Shown: piece by piece, positions 54,801 through 64,000 of the stretch
How positions within the stretch are numbered: the first letter of the stretch is position 1
Layout of the letters: every line of letters begins with the position of its first letter
Source: Antedon mediterranea
Lineage: Eukaryota; Animalia; Echinodermata
DNA: 64,000 bases
Reading direction: 5' to 3'
Assembly (NCBI RefSeq): GCF_964355755.1
Contig: NC_092679.1
Coordinates: 16,289,432-16,353,431, forward strand
Notes under the pieces: generated by a model
What the model saw: the letters and a program-made list of their open reading frames with translations, nothing else
What the model was told of the DNA's origin: nothing
The model's database searches: none
Translations under genes and position numbers: made by a program

Positions 54801-57800
54801 TGTTGTTTCATTAATAGGTTGATAATCACTCATCATGTTCCAGTAATCATTGATATATACAACAGGATAGTAATTACCAGATGGGTGGAACTTAATATCT
54901 GTAACCAAATAATAATACAGTAATACAATATAATGAATGTAAAAGACTTATACTACTGTATCTTAAAAATGGAGATTCTAATATTAATCAAATCTATTTA
55001 TTTCACAAATGATAATATGATGCAATTTGACACCAGCCTACATTTGTAAAGTGCAGAAATGATTATTAATACGGAGCTTTCACGCGAGCATGTAAACATT
55101 CTACTCATTTGCATAACTGCGTAGTTCAGTGAACAGTTCCGCTGACGTACTTGTTTGTTTCGATTTCCATTAGACGGGATTGTAGAACGCAACACATGTG
55201 TTGCACACGCAACATACGCCACTCGTATTAAAACAAATCATGGAATACATACATTTACCATTTGTTTTCTTAATAAGTTTGCAGAAATTTAATGATTTTT
55301 CCATGTTTCGATACCCTTCGGTTAACATTTTTCATTGACGCTATTTTTCAGAAAGAAGGTTCTCGACTCGCGTAACTATAGTTTGCTGTATTGCTTGTGC
55401 ACATCTATTTGTTTTTTCAAAGTGGGCGGAGCTTGCATATTGCATGTTTGGAAATAGCGTTATCGTTTACATGCTCCTGTAAAAGCTCCCTATTTATATA
55501 TTACTACTGTATACATACATTCGTCCAGTGGTTGTGGTATAGAGCCACGCCTCCACGGAGTATGGTCATCGATAATGTTAACGGTCAAATTAGGATGCCA
55601 ATGCGATAAAATCTCAACAGGACCCTCTTCTTCGGCTCTCTAAATAACAATAAACACAATTCATACAGAAATATGCCATGTACTTGGATAAAGATGGTTT
55701 TGTATAATTTAATTTATTTTAAATTATTTAGGCAAATTTCCAAAGATAACCATAAGCAAATTCATTCACTATCCTTAAAGGTGACAATCCCGTTCACAAG
55801 ACGAGCATATACACAAGATGCTCTACATAAAGTCTTATTACAAGTCTTTGGGAGTGGAGTTGTAATTTTTCCATTAGAAAAAACTGACAGGACATATGAC
55901 AGCACATGAACCTAGGCCTCTTGGATTAGTAGCCAAGCATCATAACCGCCATTATACTCTGTGATCCCTGGGGTAGAAAATGAGGTTAATTTTTTGGAAT
56001 TGCTGTAGTGTTTGAGCTCAATTCAAAAACAATAATGGAGTGAATAGATAGCATTTTGATAATAAAAGATAAATTATTAATATAAGGATCTTACTTTAAT
56101 CATCTCTTCACTTGCATCTGTCTCTCCCGTCAACAAATTCCTTGTCTTCTGAAAACTTCTCTTCTTAAATTTATTTAATTCTAAAAGACAAAAATTATAT
56201 GCAATGTCGAATTACTTCACATGCATTTTTGCTGATGAGAATGACACAACATGGCTGATGTGTACCACATGACTCGTAAAGATTCACATTTTATTGCTGT
56301 TGAAAATGACACAAAATGGCTAGTGTGTACCACTATAAAATTCTCTCACTATAGTATAACATTTTAACTATAGAAAACAGTTTTATTTTTAATCAGCTCC
56401 CAGCCATGTCTGCGTGGCACAACCATACCACGCTAATTAAACACATTCAACTTACGTTTAGTCTGATACACTGTATATTTCTTTGCATATTTTCCTTTCT
56501 TGCTGGGATCTGGAGAATACCCACTTTTGGTGAAGTATATATGTATGTAAAGAGTTCCATTATTTATCACATCCTAGAATACAAATGTCATCATATATCT
56601 TAATAATAGTCCATTTTCGTTCTACATGTCAATTTACACAGACAAGCGATAACAGTAATAAAAAATATATAATTGTTATTCCTGATCACCATTTACACAG
56701 AATACAGATTCTACGTGGGACAAGCTATGCAGTTTTCCGCTTACCAACACTGCTCGTCTGTGTAGATTGACCTTATTTAATGATAATCAAAGTTACCTGC
56801 AATTTGCCACTTTCTAATTTTGAAGTGTTTAGGCTAGATTATACAGTACAGTTAATATTATAAGCTCTATAAAATATAGAACATGCATTTACAGTAAAAG
56901 ATAAAATAAAAACAGAAATTTAGGAAGATTATTATTAGATTATCAAATTTATATTTTGTATTGAAATAATACTGTACATGGGTAAATAGAATTAAGGTTT
57001 GAAAGCCTTTGGGGCACAAAATACTTCAGAACTGTTCACTATAGTAGAATACCCAATATATCTTTCTGATGGATGGGATTTGGCATCAATACTATAGTAA
57101 ATTCTTAACATAAACAAATTCACAACATATTATATAAATATGTTAGTCAAAGTTCTATAACACACTTAAAATGAATTCACACATCAAAATCGCATTAAAG
57201 TTTAGGAAATAAGTTATTATGGTAATTACACATAGGATATCCTTAAATTAGAACAAGTTTAAAGTGACAGATAAAGTATAAATATTGATTTATACATACA
57301 GTATCAAGAGACTACTGAATTAATATGACATCTAAATATAAAAATAAAATATTTAATTATGATATTACTCAGTCATAATATATCAAATCTATTTATATCA
57401 TATTGAGGGCAGTGTTTTACTTTATGCATCTGCCAAATGCTAAACACACAAATCACAAAAATTAGTGTAAAGCTCTGTCTACACTTTCAAAGTATATATA
57501 TATATATATCCAAAGGCAAATTACTGAAAAAATGACAATGATGTGGGTATCAGTGGCTGGATCTCAATGGAGATACAAAATAAAAGCGAATGCTAAATCA
57601 AAACGAGAAGTAAAACAGCCAGAAAAGTTAGCAGAGCTTTCGGGCAACACTAGCCCTTCATCATCATATTCGTAAATATGGTAGTGCTATGACATCATCA
57701 TGTCCATATATGGGCACTAAAATTTTTTTGTCATTTGTTAGTTAGTGTAGACAGAGCTTAAAATGATCTAGCATTTCAAATTGTAAATTATTTATATAAA

Positions 57801-60800
57801 ACAGTATATCATAACACAATGAAAAGCCTAATACAGTAATACATTTAAATTGAGTAAAGATGAGTTCAAATGATTATTATTATCTTTTTTTTTTATACTG
57901 GGTAGCCTCTTCAATCAAAACTGAGAGGGCCCAGTTGTGATCAGTGGCTGTGCGTGACTGGCTGTGTGTAACCCCCTACTCGTCTCGAAAGATGTACTAG
58001 GTTCTTTAAAGTGCACATGAGCTAGATGTGTACACCGGACCTATGGTTTATAGTCCTTATCTGAGAAGAAAGCCTACCATGGCACCATTTTTACACACAT
58101 TTAATGGAAGAAAATTAACAACAGTATAATCCCACCCCCACCCCTAGAACACGAAATTGGGTTGACTTTAGGGGTGGGACTATACCCGGAGAAACCCTGG
58201 TTCAGGAAAACTGGCTAGAGGCCTACAGTACATCCAGATTCACATTGAAAAAGGCATAAAGTAGGAGGTGGGATTAGACCTGAAGTGGGATTAGACCTGA
58301 GGTGGGAATAGCCTTGAAGTGGGATTAGACCTGAGGTGGGATTAGACCTGAGGTGGGATTAGACCTGAAGTGAAATTATACCAGAGAACATACAGTAACA
58401 AAATAAAATTGTCTAAAGCTCTGTCTTCACTATCAAACTAGTTTGACAATAAAGTGTGATATGCCTATTAGTTAATACTCTAAAATATGGTACTGATATG
58501 ACATCATCATGTCCATATATGGGCACATTTTTTTGTCACATAAAGTTTGATAGTGTAGACATCACTTTATTTAAAGCCCTATACCTGTGAAATTTCAAAT
58601 TCATCAGTGTTAACAAAAGTTGAATCCCCAGTAGGTCCAGCATACCATGCTCCATACTCTATGTTGTCAAGCTCCCAAAATAAATATTTACTCTCATTAA
58701 ATTGGGTAAATACTTCTTCTTCTGAGATATAGACACGCAAATCCTAACGGGGAAAAAAAAATTATAATTATTATGGGATCATACCACAAGTCAAGTTCAA
58801 TATTGAATATCGAAACGTGGAAGGATATAGGCGCATGACCTTTGACAAGATCACCTAAAATGTTTTAATTTAAACTTACGATACTTGTATTGTATATTCA
58901 GGAATATCTGCTCCGCAATCTCTTTGCTTTTCTTCCTTACTCTTTCTTCCCTTTACTCTTATTAAAAGTTAATACTCTAACAAATTGTATTTTCACGCTG
59001 CTGCTCTAGCCCGCTACGTCCCATTAGGACTACTCAATCAGAAGCTAAAGCAAGCAGCAGTTATAGTTCTAAGGACAGACAGTTTTGTGAAAATGGAAAC
59101 TCCACTATGATTTATTGATTCCAGCTGCTACAGTAGACCCAAAAAACGTCTGGGAAAGAGTCTATTAGGACATGTCATGCTAAAATTACAAATCCCTAAG
59201 CATTTCTGGTATATTCACTGTCAGATATTCATTGAATTATTATCGAAACAGTCCATTAAAGTTTGTGTTTGTAATAGGATACTTCACAATTGAAATATCT
59301 AGGGTGATGAAATGACCCCCAGATTTGACCTTAGCAATAAAATTAACTAAAGTGACAGAAATTGAGTATTCACTTCTGTAACAAAAAAATAATATTTATT
59401 CACATAAAAAAAGAAAAGAAACCCAAAAACCATTGTCTGACAGACAATTTAAGTATTTTTTGCTTTAAATTACATTTTTTTCAGGTAAAATAACTATTAT
59501 GTGACAATAAAATGACACATTCAAAAACATTTGAAATAAAAAATATTTTTCAATAAGCGAGCAGCGTTTTTTGTAAGAAATATTTCTTGTTTAATTATAT
59601 TTATTGAATGTTTCTAACGATCAAATAACTGTTTTCTTATTGCAATTTATGTACAAAGTTATTTTAAAAATGTCGATAATTTTTAATAAAACATCATCAT
59701 GCATTTCTATCCTAACAATCTAAAAAATTATAACCCCTGTAGTTTGATATATTGGTGTTGTAATATTTTATAAATGATAAAAATTATTTTATTTAAAAAA
59801 GACATTTAAATTCTGAATCAATTAAATTCGTTCCTGATAAACTATTTTGTTTTATAATTGTTTCACTACACCTACCATGATTGTTCCGGATTTAAATAAG
59901 TTTTGAGACATTTTTCCTGCATCAGTGGACACGACACCAGAAGCACCTTCGTCGGTAGTGGTAGTGGTCTGATTAGATGACCCACGAAAGTAACTCATAA
60001 CTACGTAAAATATCAACATTCTAAATGCAACGCCCTTGATCATATCCCATGTCGACTGAGGGCGCTGTTGTTGGTTTGGTTGCTGCTACAAAGAAATAAA
60101 AATAATATATTAATTTATATTTAAATAAATGAAAGACGCTAGTAAATTACCAACTGAACATTTTATTGCACTACAGGCTGTTTCATGAGTATGAACTCAA
60201 TCTTCAGGTGCTTGGCTCTGAAATTTATATTTGGATCTACATTTTGTATCGAGCACTTTCGCTTTCATGGTCTGCGTTAAATTCACCACGATTTAATTTA
60301 TATTTATGAATTTAATTATTTACAATGGAAAGAGGAAAATCAAACTAGATGAACTAAATGAAGAAATACAGTTTAAAAAAATAAAATAAAATCAGAACTT
60401 TGTGTTTTCTTTCTAAAACCTATTTATAAATAATAATAATTAATATAACACATTATCATTTTTTATTGATTTCCTATATTATTAGCAATTTATAAACTAC
60501 ATTATTATTTTATTTATACTTAATATTATCAAATTCACTTTTAGTTAAAGCCAGGCCAGATGGCAAACTGGCCACCATGCAAACTTAATAATATATAAAT
60601 ATTCTATATTAATAATACACATACAATAATTAAAAAATCAAAATGAATTAATTAACTAAATTCATATTTGTTATATTATTTATTATTGAAGAATTGTTTT
60701 TGATGGTGTTTTTAGTTTTTGAATGCGATTAGTAAATGATTTCTTTGTTCAAATCTTAATAATATATAGCCCCTAATAGCAGTTTAACACTCGCCACACC

Positions 60801-61021
60801 AGCATGAAGTGAGGAGGCTAGGCCTACCAGCAGAGCTATAATGAGTGAGAGTGATGATTATCTGGCCTGTCTGGGGCGCCTACCCTACCTAGCTAGCCCT
60901 ACCTACCGAACAAGGTCTAAAATAGTGTTCAATTCTACAGATTTACATATATAAATTTACGTACTTGTTCATTTTGATTATTTGCTACTACAGAACTTCC
61001 TTCGGAACCAGTATCAGCCAT
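48603..61021 (-). CDS. CLPTM1: CLPTM1 (cleft lip and palate transmembrane protein 1 / lipid scramblase family), 14 exons, 636 aa
   Basis: Exons 61021-60965, 60085-59876, 58743-58585, 56573-56456, 56180-56095, 55639-55519, 54898-54799, 54277-54136, 53637-53544, 52045-51855, 51497-51402, 50772-50637, 49844-49677 and 48835-48603 sum to 1911 nt with consistent phases. Family motifs: SHWHPN, TNPYLL, FEFLAFKNDIQFW, PQLFINYK, HLPWRMLTYKALNTFIDD, YQRWIY, RVNEFG. Confidence 0.97.
49677..49844 (-). CDS. CLPTM1: CLPTM1 exon 13
   Basis: FIMMTPQLFINYKMKSIAHLPWRMLTYKALNTFIDDIFAFVIHMPTLYRIGCLRD. Confidence 0.97.
50637..50772 (-). CDS. CLPTM1: CLPTM1 exon 12
   Basis: MAFKYLSWLLYPLL...HKGWYSWVLNMLYGFLLTF. 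Confidence 0.96.
51140..51371 (+). mobile_element. tRNA-derived CORE-like SINE
   Basis: B box GGTTCGAATCC; core TCCTTGGGCAAGATACTT...CACCCAGGTGTATGAATGGGTAC; (AGT)n tail. Confidence 0.7.
51402..51497 (-). CDS. CLPTM1: CLPTM1 exon 11
   Basis: VDPDRHFLGFLPWITYEDKSTYVESETKQFDK. Confidence 0.94.
51654..51810. mobile_element. family A MITE in CLPTM1 intron 10
   Basis: Both TIRs intact. Confidence 0.85.
51855..52045 (-). CDS. CLPTM1: CLPTM1 exon 10
   Basis: IQFWNNRKSLEGLSVRSVFFGVFQS...WKITKVVTIK. Confidence 0.96.
52405..53544. repeat. 57-bp minisatellite, 20 copies, in CLPTM1 intron 9
   Basis: Unit on the minus strand: GGTAAGTTGTTAACTTGTCCATCTATAAGTGCCATCTGTGGCTGTACAGGAGTGGGT. ACTTAC recurs every 57 nt from 52460 to 53543. 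Confidence 0.97.
53544..53637 (-). CDS. CLPTM1: CLPTM1 exon 9
   Basis: RAMLDTNPYLLGLTVIVSIVHSVFEFLAFKN; donor ATG|GTAAGT, directly followed by the 57-bp array. Confidence 0.95.
54136..54277 (-). CDS. CLPTM1: CLPTM1 exon 8
   Basis: KLTLSLTFYPLSLMKWQFYAAQ...DQDSFK. Confidence 0.95.
54799..54898 (-). CDS. CLPTM1: CLPTM1 exon 7
   Basis: IKFHPSGNYYPVVYINDYWNMRSDYQPINETT. Confidence 0.95.
55519..55639 (-). CDS. CLPTM1: CLPTM1 exon 6
   Basis: RAEEEGPVEILSHWHPNLTVNIIDDHTPWRRGSIPQPLDE. Confidence 0.95.
56095..56180 (-). CDS. CLPTM1: CLPTM1 exon 5
   Basis: LNKFKKRSFQKTRNLLTGETDASEEMIK. Confidence 0.93.
56456..56573 (-). CDS. CLPTM1: CLPTM1 exon 4
   Basis: DVINNGTLYIHIYFTKSGYSPDP...; donor |gtaagt. 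Confidence 0.93.
58266..58372. repeat. 17-bp minisatellite, ~6 copies
   Basis: (GTGGGATTAGACCTGAR)n. Confidence 0.85.
58585..58743 (-). CDS. CLPTM1: CLPTM1 exon 3
   Basis: DLRVYISEEEVFTQFNESKYLFWELDNIEYGAW...ISQ. Confidence 0.93.
58990..59593 (+). mobile_element. Helentron/HINE-like element, copy 2
   Basis: Reverse complement of 31388-31978 with few differences. Confidence 0.75.
59876..60085 (-). CDS. CLPTM1: CLPTM1 exon 2
   Basis: QQPNQQQRPQSTWDMIKGVAFRMLIFYVVMSYFR...NLFKSGTIM; tag|CAG acceptor, |gtaggt donor. Confidence 0.92.
60168..60211 (-). ncRNA. minimal type I hammerhead ribozyme motif (Penelope-like element remnant)
   Basis: GCAC CUGAAGA U-UGAGU(UCAU)ACUCA-U GAAA CAG(C)CUG UA GUGC, followed directly by AAUAAA. 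The first pair of stem II is a U-U mismatch. Confidence 0.6.
60965..61021 (-). CDS. CLPTM1: CLPTM1 exon 1
   Basis: AACATGG start, MADTGSEGSSVVANNQNEQ, phase-0 donor |gtacgt. Confidence 0.8.
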
Positions 61022-61430
61022 GTTTATTCTTAAACTATGGAATTAAAAGCCCAAACTAACGTTCAATAATAAAAATGTGGACTCTTTTGATTCATCATAA
61101 AAAAGAGAAAGGTCAGTTTTGTTTAGGTTAGTTTAGTTTATGGCCATGTTCAATACTAAATTTTAAATTATTTAAAATGGACAAAACTAAATTATAAATA
61201 ATATTTATTTGTAATTGTTTATTATTATAGTAAAAATGCAAATTGAAATAATAATAACAAATAATAAAACTTAATAATAATAATTGGACCATGAAATAAG
61301 TCATTGGTAAATGTCTCCCTCTGTCGTCTTCGTTATTTTGATGAGCTGAGTTTTTTTTTCATTTTCTTCATAATTCTTAATTTTTGTGTTGAAAAGCGAG
61401 GAGATTAGTACACATATCCTGTGTTTGTAA
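61022..61430. promoter_or_regulatory. probable bidirectional promoter of CLPTM1 / NDUFB1
   Basis: The two housekeeping-type genes diverge here. A candidate non-coding NDUFB1 first exon may end at a GTAAGG donor at ~61427. Confidence 0.45.
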
Positions 61431-61962
61431 GGTTGTGTTTATGCTTCAAATTTAAATACTTAAGTTGTTATAGTTATATGTATTAAAAGAAATTAGATGC
61501 ATGTTCTTAGGATAGCTAGACTAGCCTACTAGCTAGGCCGAGCCTAGTACTAGGCTAGGCCTACAGAGGCTAGCTATATAGGCTGGCTAGGTACACCACC
61601 GGCCAGGTATGACCACAGTGTTTTCCAGAGTCGTTTCGTCTTGTTGTTGTTGAATTTAATGGAAATCCGAATAGATCTGAATTGAAGCCTTTATTAACAA
61701 TATTAATTATTATATTATAGGCCAGGCCTAGGCCCTATATCAGAAACTTCTTAAATATTAATAGAGGCTTCTCTTATATTTGATGGATATTTCTCAAGTA
61801 TTTTTTATGCCAATACAGTAATATTAATACTCATTCATTGTTAAATACAGATATTAATAATTGTTTTATATAGGCCTATATGCATAACATATGGTCTTGC
61901 ATGAAAGCGCACAATTTCCTTCAAAACTGTAATCTAATAATATATTATTTGCTGTAGCACTA

Positions 61963-62138
61963 AAGGCCAACTCAGACAGCATCGTTTGAGGAGCCCCGCA
62001 AGAAACGTCTTGACTTGGCGGTGATGTCGGAGTTGAATCGAGACGAGTCGTCTATTTTATTGACAATAGTATTGTCAGGTGTATTTTTTTAGGTCCTCAG
62101 GACATTAAACATGTCGTACGATGCTGCCCAAGTTTGCC
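61963..62138. mobile_element. Harbinger-type MITE upstream of the NDUFB1 coding exon
   Basis: TAA-AGGCCAACTCAGACAGCATCGT ... ACGATGCTGCCCAAGTTTGCCT-TAA imperfect TIR. Confidence 0.6.
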
Positions 62139-62248
62139 TTAAGACATAGATTACAGTATATGGTTCTCGTCAGCCGCACTCATGCACATTTTTATTGTAC
62201 ATTATGTATTTATTGGTTGTTTGTTTTTAACCTTTTCAGATTTTCAAA

Positions 62249-62425
62249 ATGGTACTCAGGCTAATTCAAAACTATGGGTATCTATTTATATTCCCAACAT
62301 TCGTTTACTTTGGATATTTAATGGATCAGAAGGCGGCGCGAGATTTAAGCGGATGGAAAAACCGCACACAATTATTCAAACGAGAACTGGGACCTAACGA
62401 AACAGACCCTTGGAAGTCAAAATAA
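62249..62425 (+). CDS. NDUFB1: NADH:ubiquinone oxidoreductase subunit B1 (MNLL)-like, 58 aa
   Basis: MVLRLIQNYGYLFIFPTFVYFGYLMDQKAARDLSGWKNRTQLFKRELGPNETDPWKSK*. Single TM segment and LFKREL.P.E...WK tail as in vertebrate NDUFB1. Acceptor ttttcag at 62239 just upstream; AAAATGG start context. Confidence 0.88.
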   Translation: MVLRLIQNYGYLFIFPTFVYFGYLMDQKAARDLSGWKNRTQLFKRELGPNETDPWKSK

Positions 62426-63215
62426 AATTGTCATTGATAGAAATAAGACTACTGTTAATAAATAGTGCAGTTTACAGAATAAGATGGCGACGGATTAAAT
62501 GAATTATTAAGAATGTTATATATCAAGTATGTTCCAACAGCCAACAAAATAACTGCCAATTATCTTTTGAGTTGGAAACTGATCTAGATTTCATTTTTTG
62601 ATGTGGAGCTATTATTAACATGAAAGAAAGTCTACAGTAAGGATGGTTTTCAATTTAGATCACATGGTAGTTGATTTGACTTTTGACAGCAAGATTTGTC
62701 CTTTAATTTAACAGTTTTGCAAGTGATTCATTACTTGGATTTTACAATACAAGTTTCAAGTATTATCAGTATGGCTTAATACCTGTGGAACAATAGAAAA
62801 TGCATTGCAACATTTTGCTCTAGATGTAGACAGCTCAAATTCACCCATATTTCACAATGTGAAAGAAACAAACAGATTAAACAATATCAAAAACAACCAG
62901 TTATAGAAATCACATAATTTTATTTAAAAATATAATACATCTGCTGTATTTAAATCCCTCAACTATGCACTGTATAAAAAAATGTATACCAGATATTACA
63001 ATTATGATTGTTATTAAATATGTTACATATTTTTTGTTAAGAATCTGATTTAATAGAACTGATTCTACTAGTAACATCCAAACATTTATTCCTTAAAAAT
63101 GATAACATAAAACATGATTTTGCAAACACATTGTGTAATAATGTTAATAAAATAGGTTGTTTATCAAAATGTTGTCAGCAGTTTCATTTTATTATGATAC
63201 AATGTCGTTTTCTCC

Positions 63216-63439
63216 CTATCTCATTGCTAATAATCTTTTACTCTTTAACTTTGAAACGGATTCTAGTTTCCGCAGAGCTTCTGTCCTTTTGTTTGCCTTT
63301 TCCAGTCGTTCTTTGAGTGCTTTTGACATTGCTATACCACCGTTCACTTCATTTTCTTTGCCTGGCATTTTAAAGTGAACTTTCTTGGGCGATTCCTTTG
63401 TCTTCAACACCCTGCTTGGATGCATTTCGTCTGAAAACA
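63216..63439 (-). CDS. probable terminal exon of an unidentified gene convergent with NDUFB1
   Basis: Acceptor cacttag| at 63440-63442; 74-codon Lys/Glu-rich open frame ending in TAG; AATAAA downstream on the minus strand (~62919-62924). Confidence 0.55.
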
Positions 63440-63747
63440 CTAAGTGATGAATAGAAATAAAAAATATAAACGTTCGAATAAAAACAAAAGGTGTGAGTTA
63501 ATCTTGTGTGTTGTAGTGTTGCTATATTGTACGGCTAGAATGGTATTGAGGAAAATGGTGTCTTGGTACGCTCTCTATATTGAGTAAAGTAATACAGTGC
63601 AATTCAATATGCCAAGCTTCTGAAAATGTCCTACAGATTAGCTATGAGACAAACTGGTCGTCTTTAAGTAATGGGGCTTGTATAAGGGGATTGAAATCAA
63701 ATAATTGGTCTGTACCCACAGCATTTCCTTAACTTATACCAACCAAT

Positions 63748-63792
63748 TTCGTCAGCTGTAAGGAAGCAGTCTGCTTCCTTACAGCTGACGAA
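63748..63792. repeat. perfect 45-bp palindrome
   Basis: TTCGTCAGCTGTAAGGAAGCAG-T-CTGCTTCCTTACAGCTGACGAA. Confidence 0.95.
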
Positions 63793-64000
63793 TATCTAAT
63801 GAATATCATCAAATGATAGAAAGATAAACGGTTTTGAAAAAAAAATAAATTATTGCAACAAACTTTTATGAAGACATCAATTTATATTAAAACCACATGC
63901 CACTAAATATTATATAATAATTGAATTCACATTTATTAGACAATACATAGTTACATTTTGTTATAAATAAATACTATTAAATACAATCTATATAAATATC

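Noticed and set aside
62182-62397. 71-aa ORF in the track
   Set aside because: It is in the wrong frame and starts in the intron; the NDUFB1-like ORF at 62249-62425 explains the region.
63784-63830. CTGACGA...GAAA next to the palindrome as a hammerhead
   Set aside because: No convincing stem III or stem I pairing on either strand.

Overview
AT-rich (about 30-33% GC by eye), intron- and transposon-rich animal genomic DNA. It is probably a marine invertebrate deuterostome, but the taxon is an inference. Most entries in the supplied ORF track are noise; the real genes are spliced. (1) The 5' part of a Nova/pasilla KH-domain splicing regulator lies on the minus strand: three coding exons (41613-41382, 21563-21417, 745-597) separated by two ~20 kb introns, continuing beyond the left edge. 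(2) A complete 14-exon CLPTM1 lies on the minus strand (61021-48603, 636 aa, all GT-AG junctions phase-consistent). (3) A 58-aa NDUFB1-like complex I subunit lies on the plus strand (62249-62425), divergent from CLPTM1 and missed by the ORF track. (4) A probable last exon of an unidentified convergent gene lies at 63439-63216. Introns hold many MITEs (PIF/Harbinger, Tc1/pogo/Tc2, hAT-, Kolobok- and Helentron-like), SINE and LINE fragments, and a tRNA-Asp pseudogene. The most notable observations are: a 20 x 57-bp minisatellite that copies the CLPTM1 exon 9 splice donor 19 extra times, in frame and stop-free; a minimal hammerhead-ribozyme motif, sense-oriented in CLPTM1 intron 1; a self-nesting MITE stack upstream of Nova; and strong enrichment of the footprint-like words TACAGTA and TAGGCCTA.
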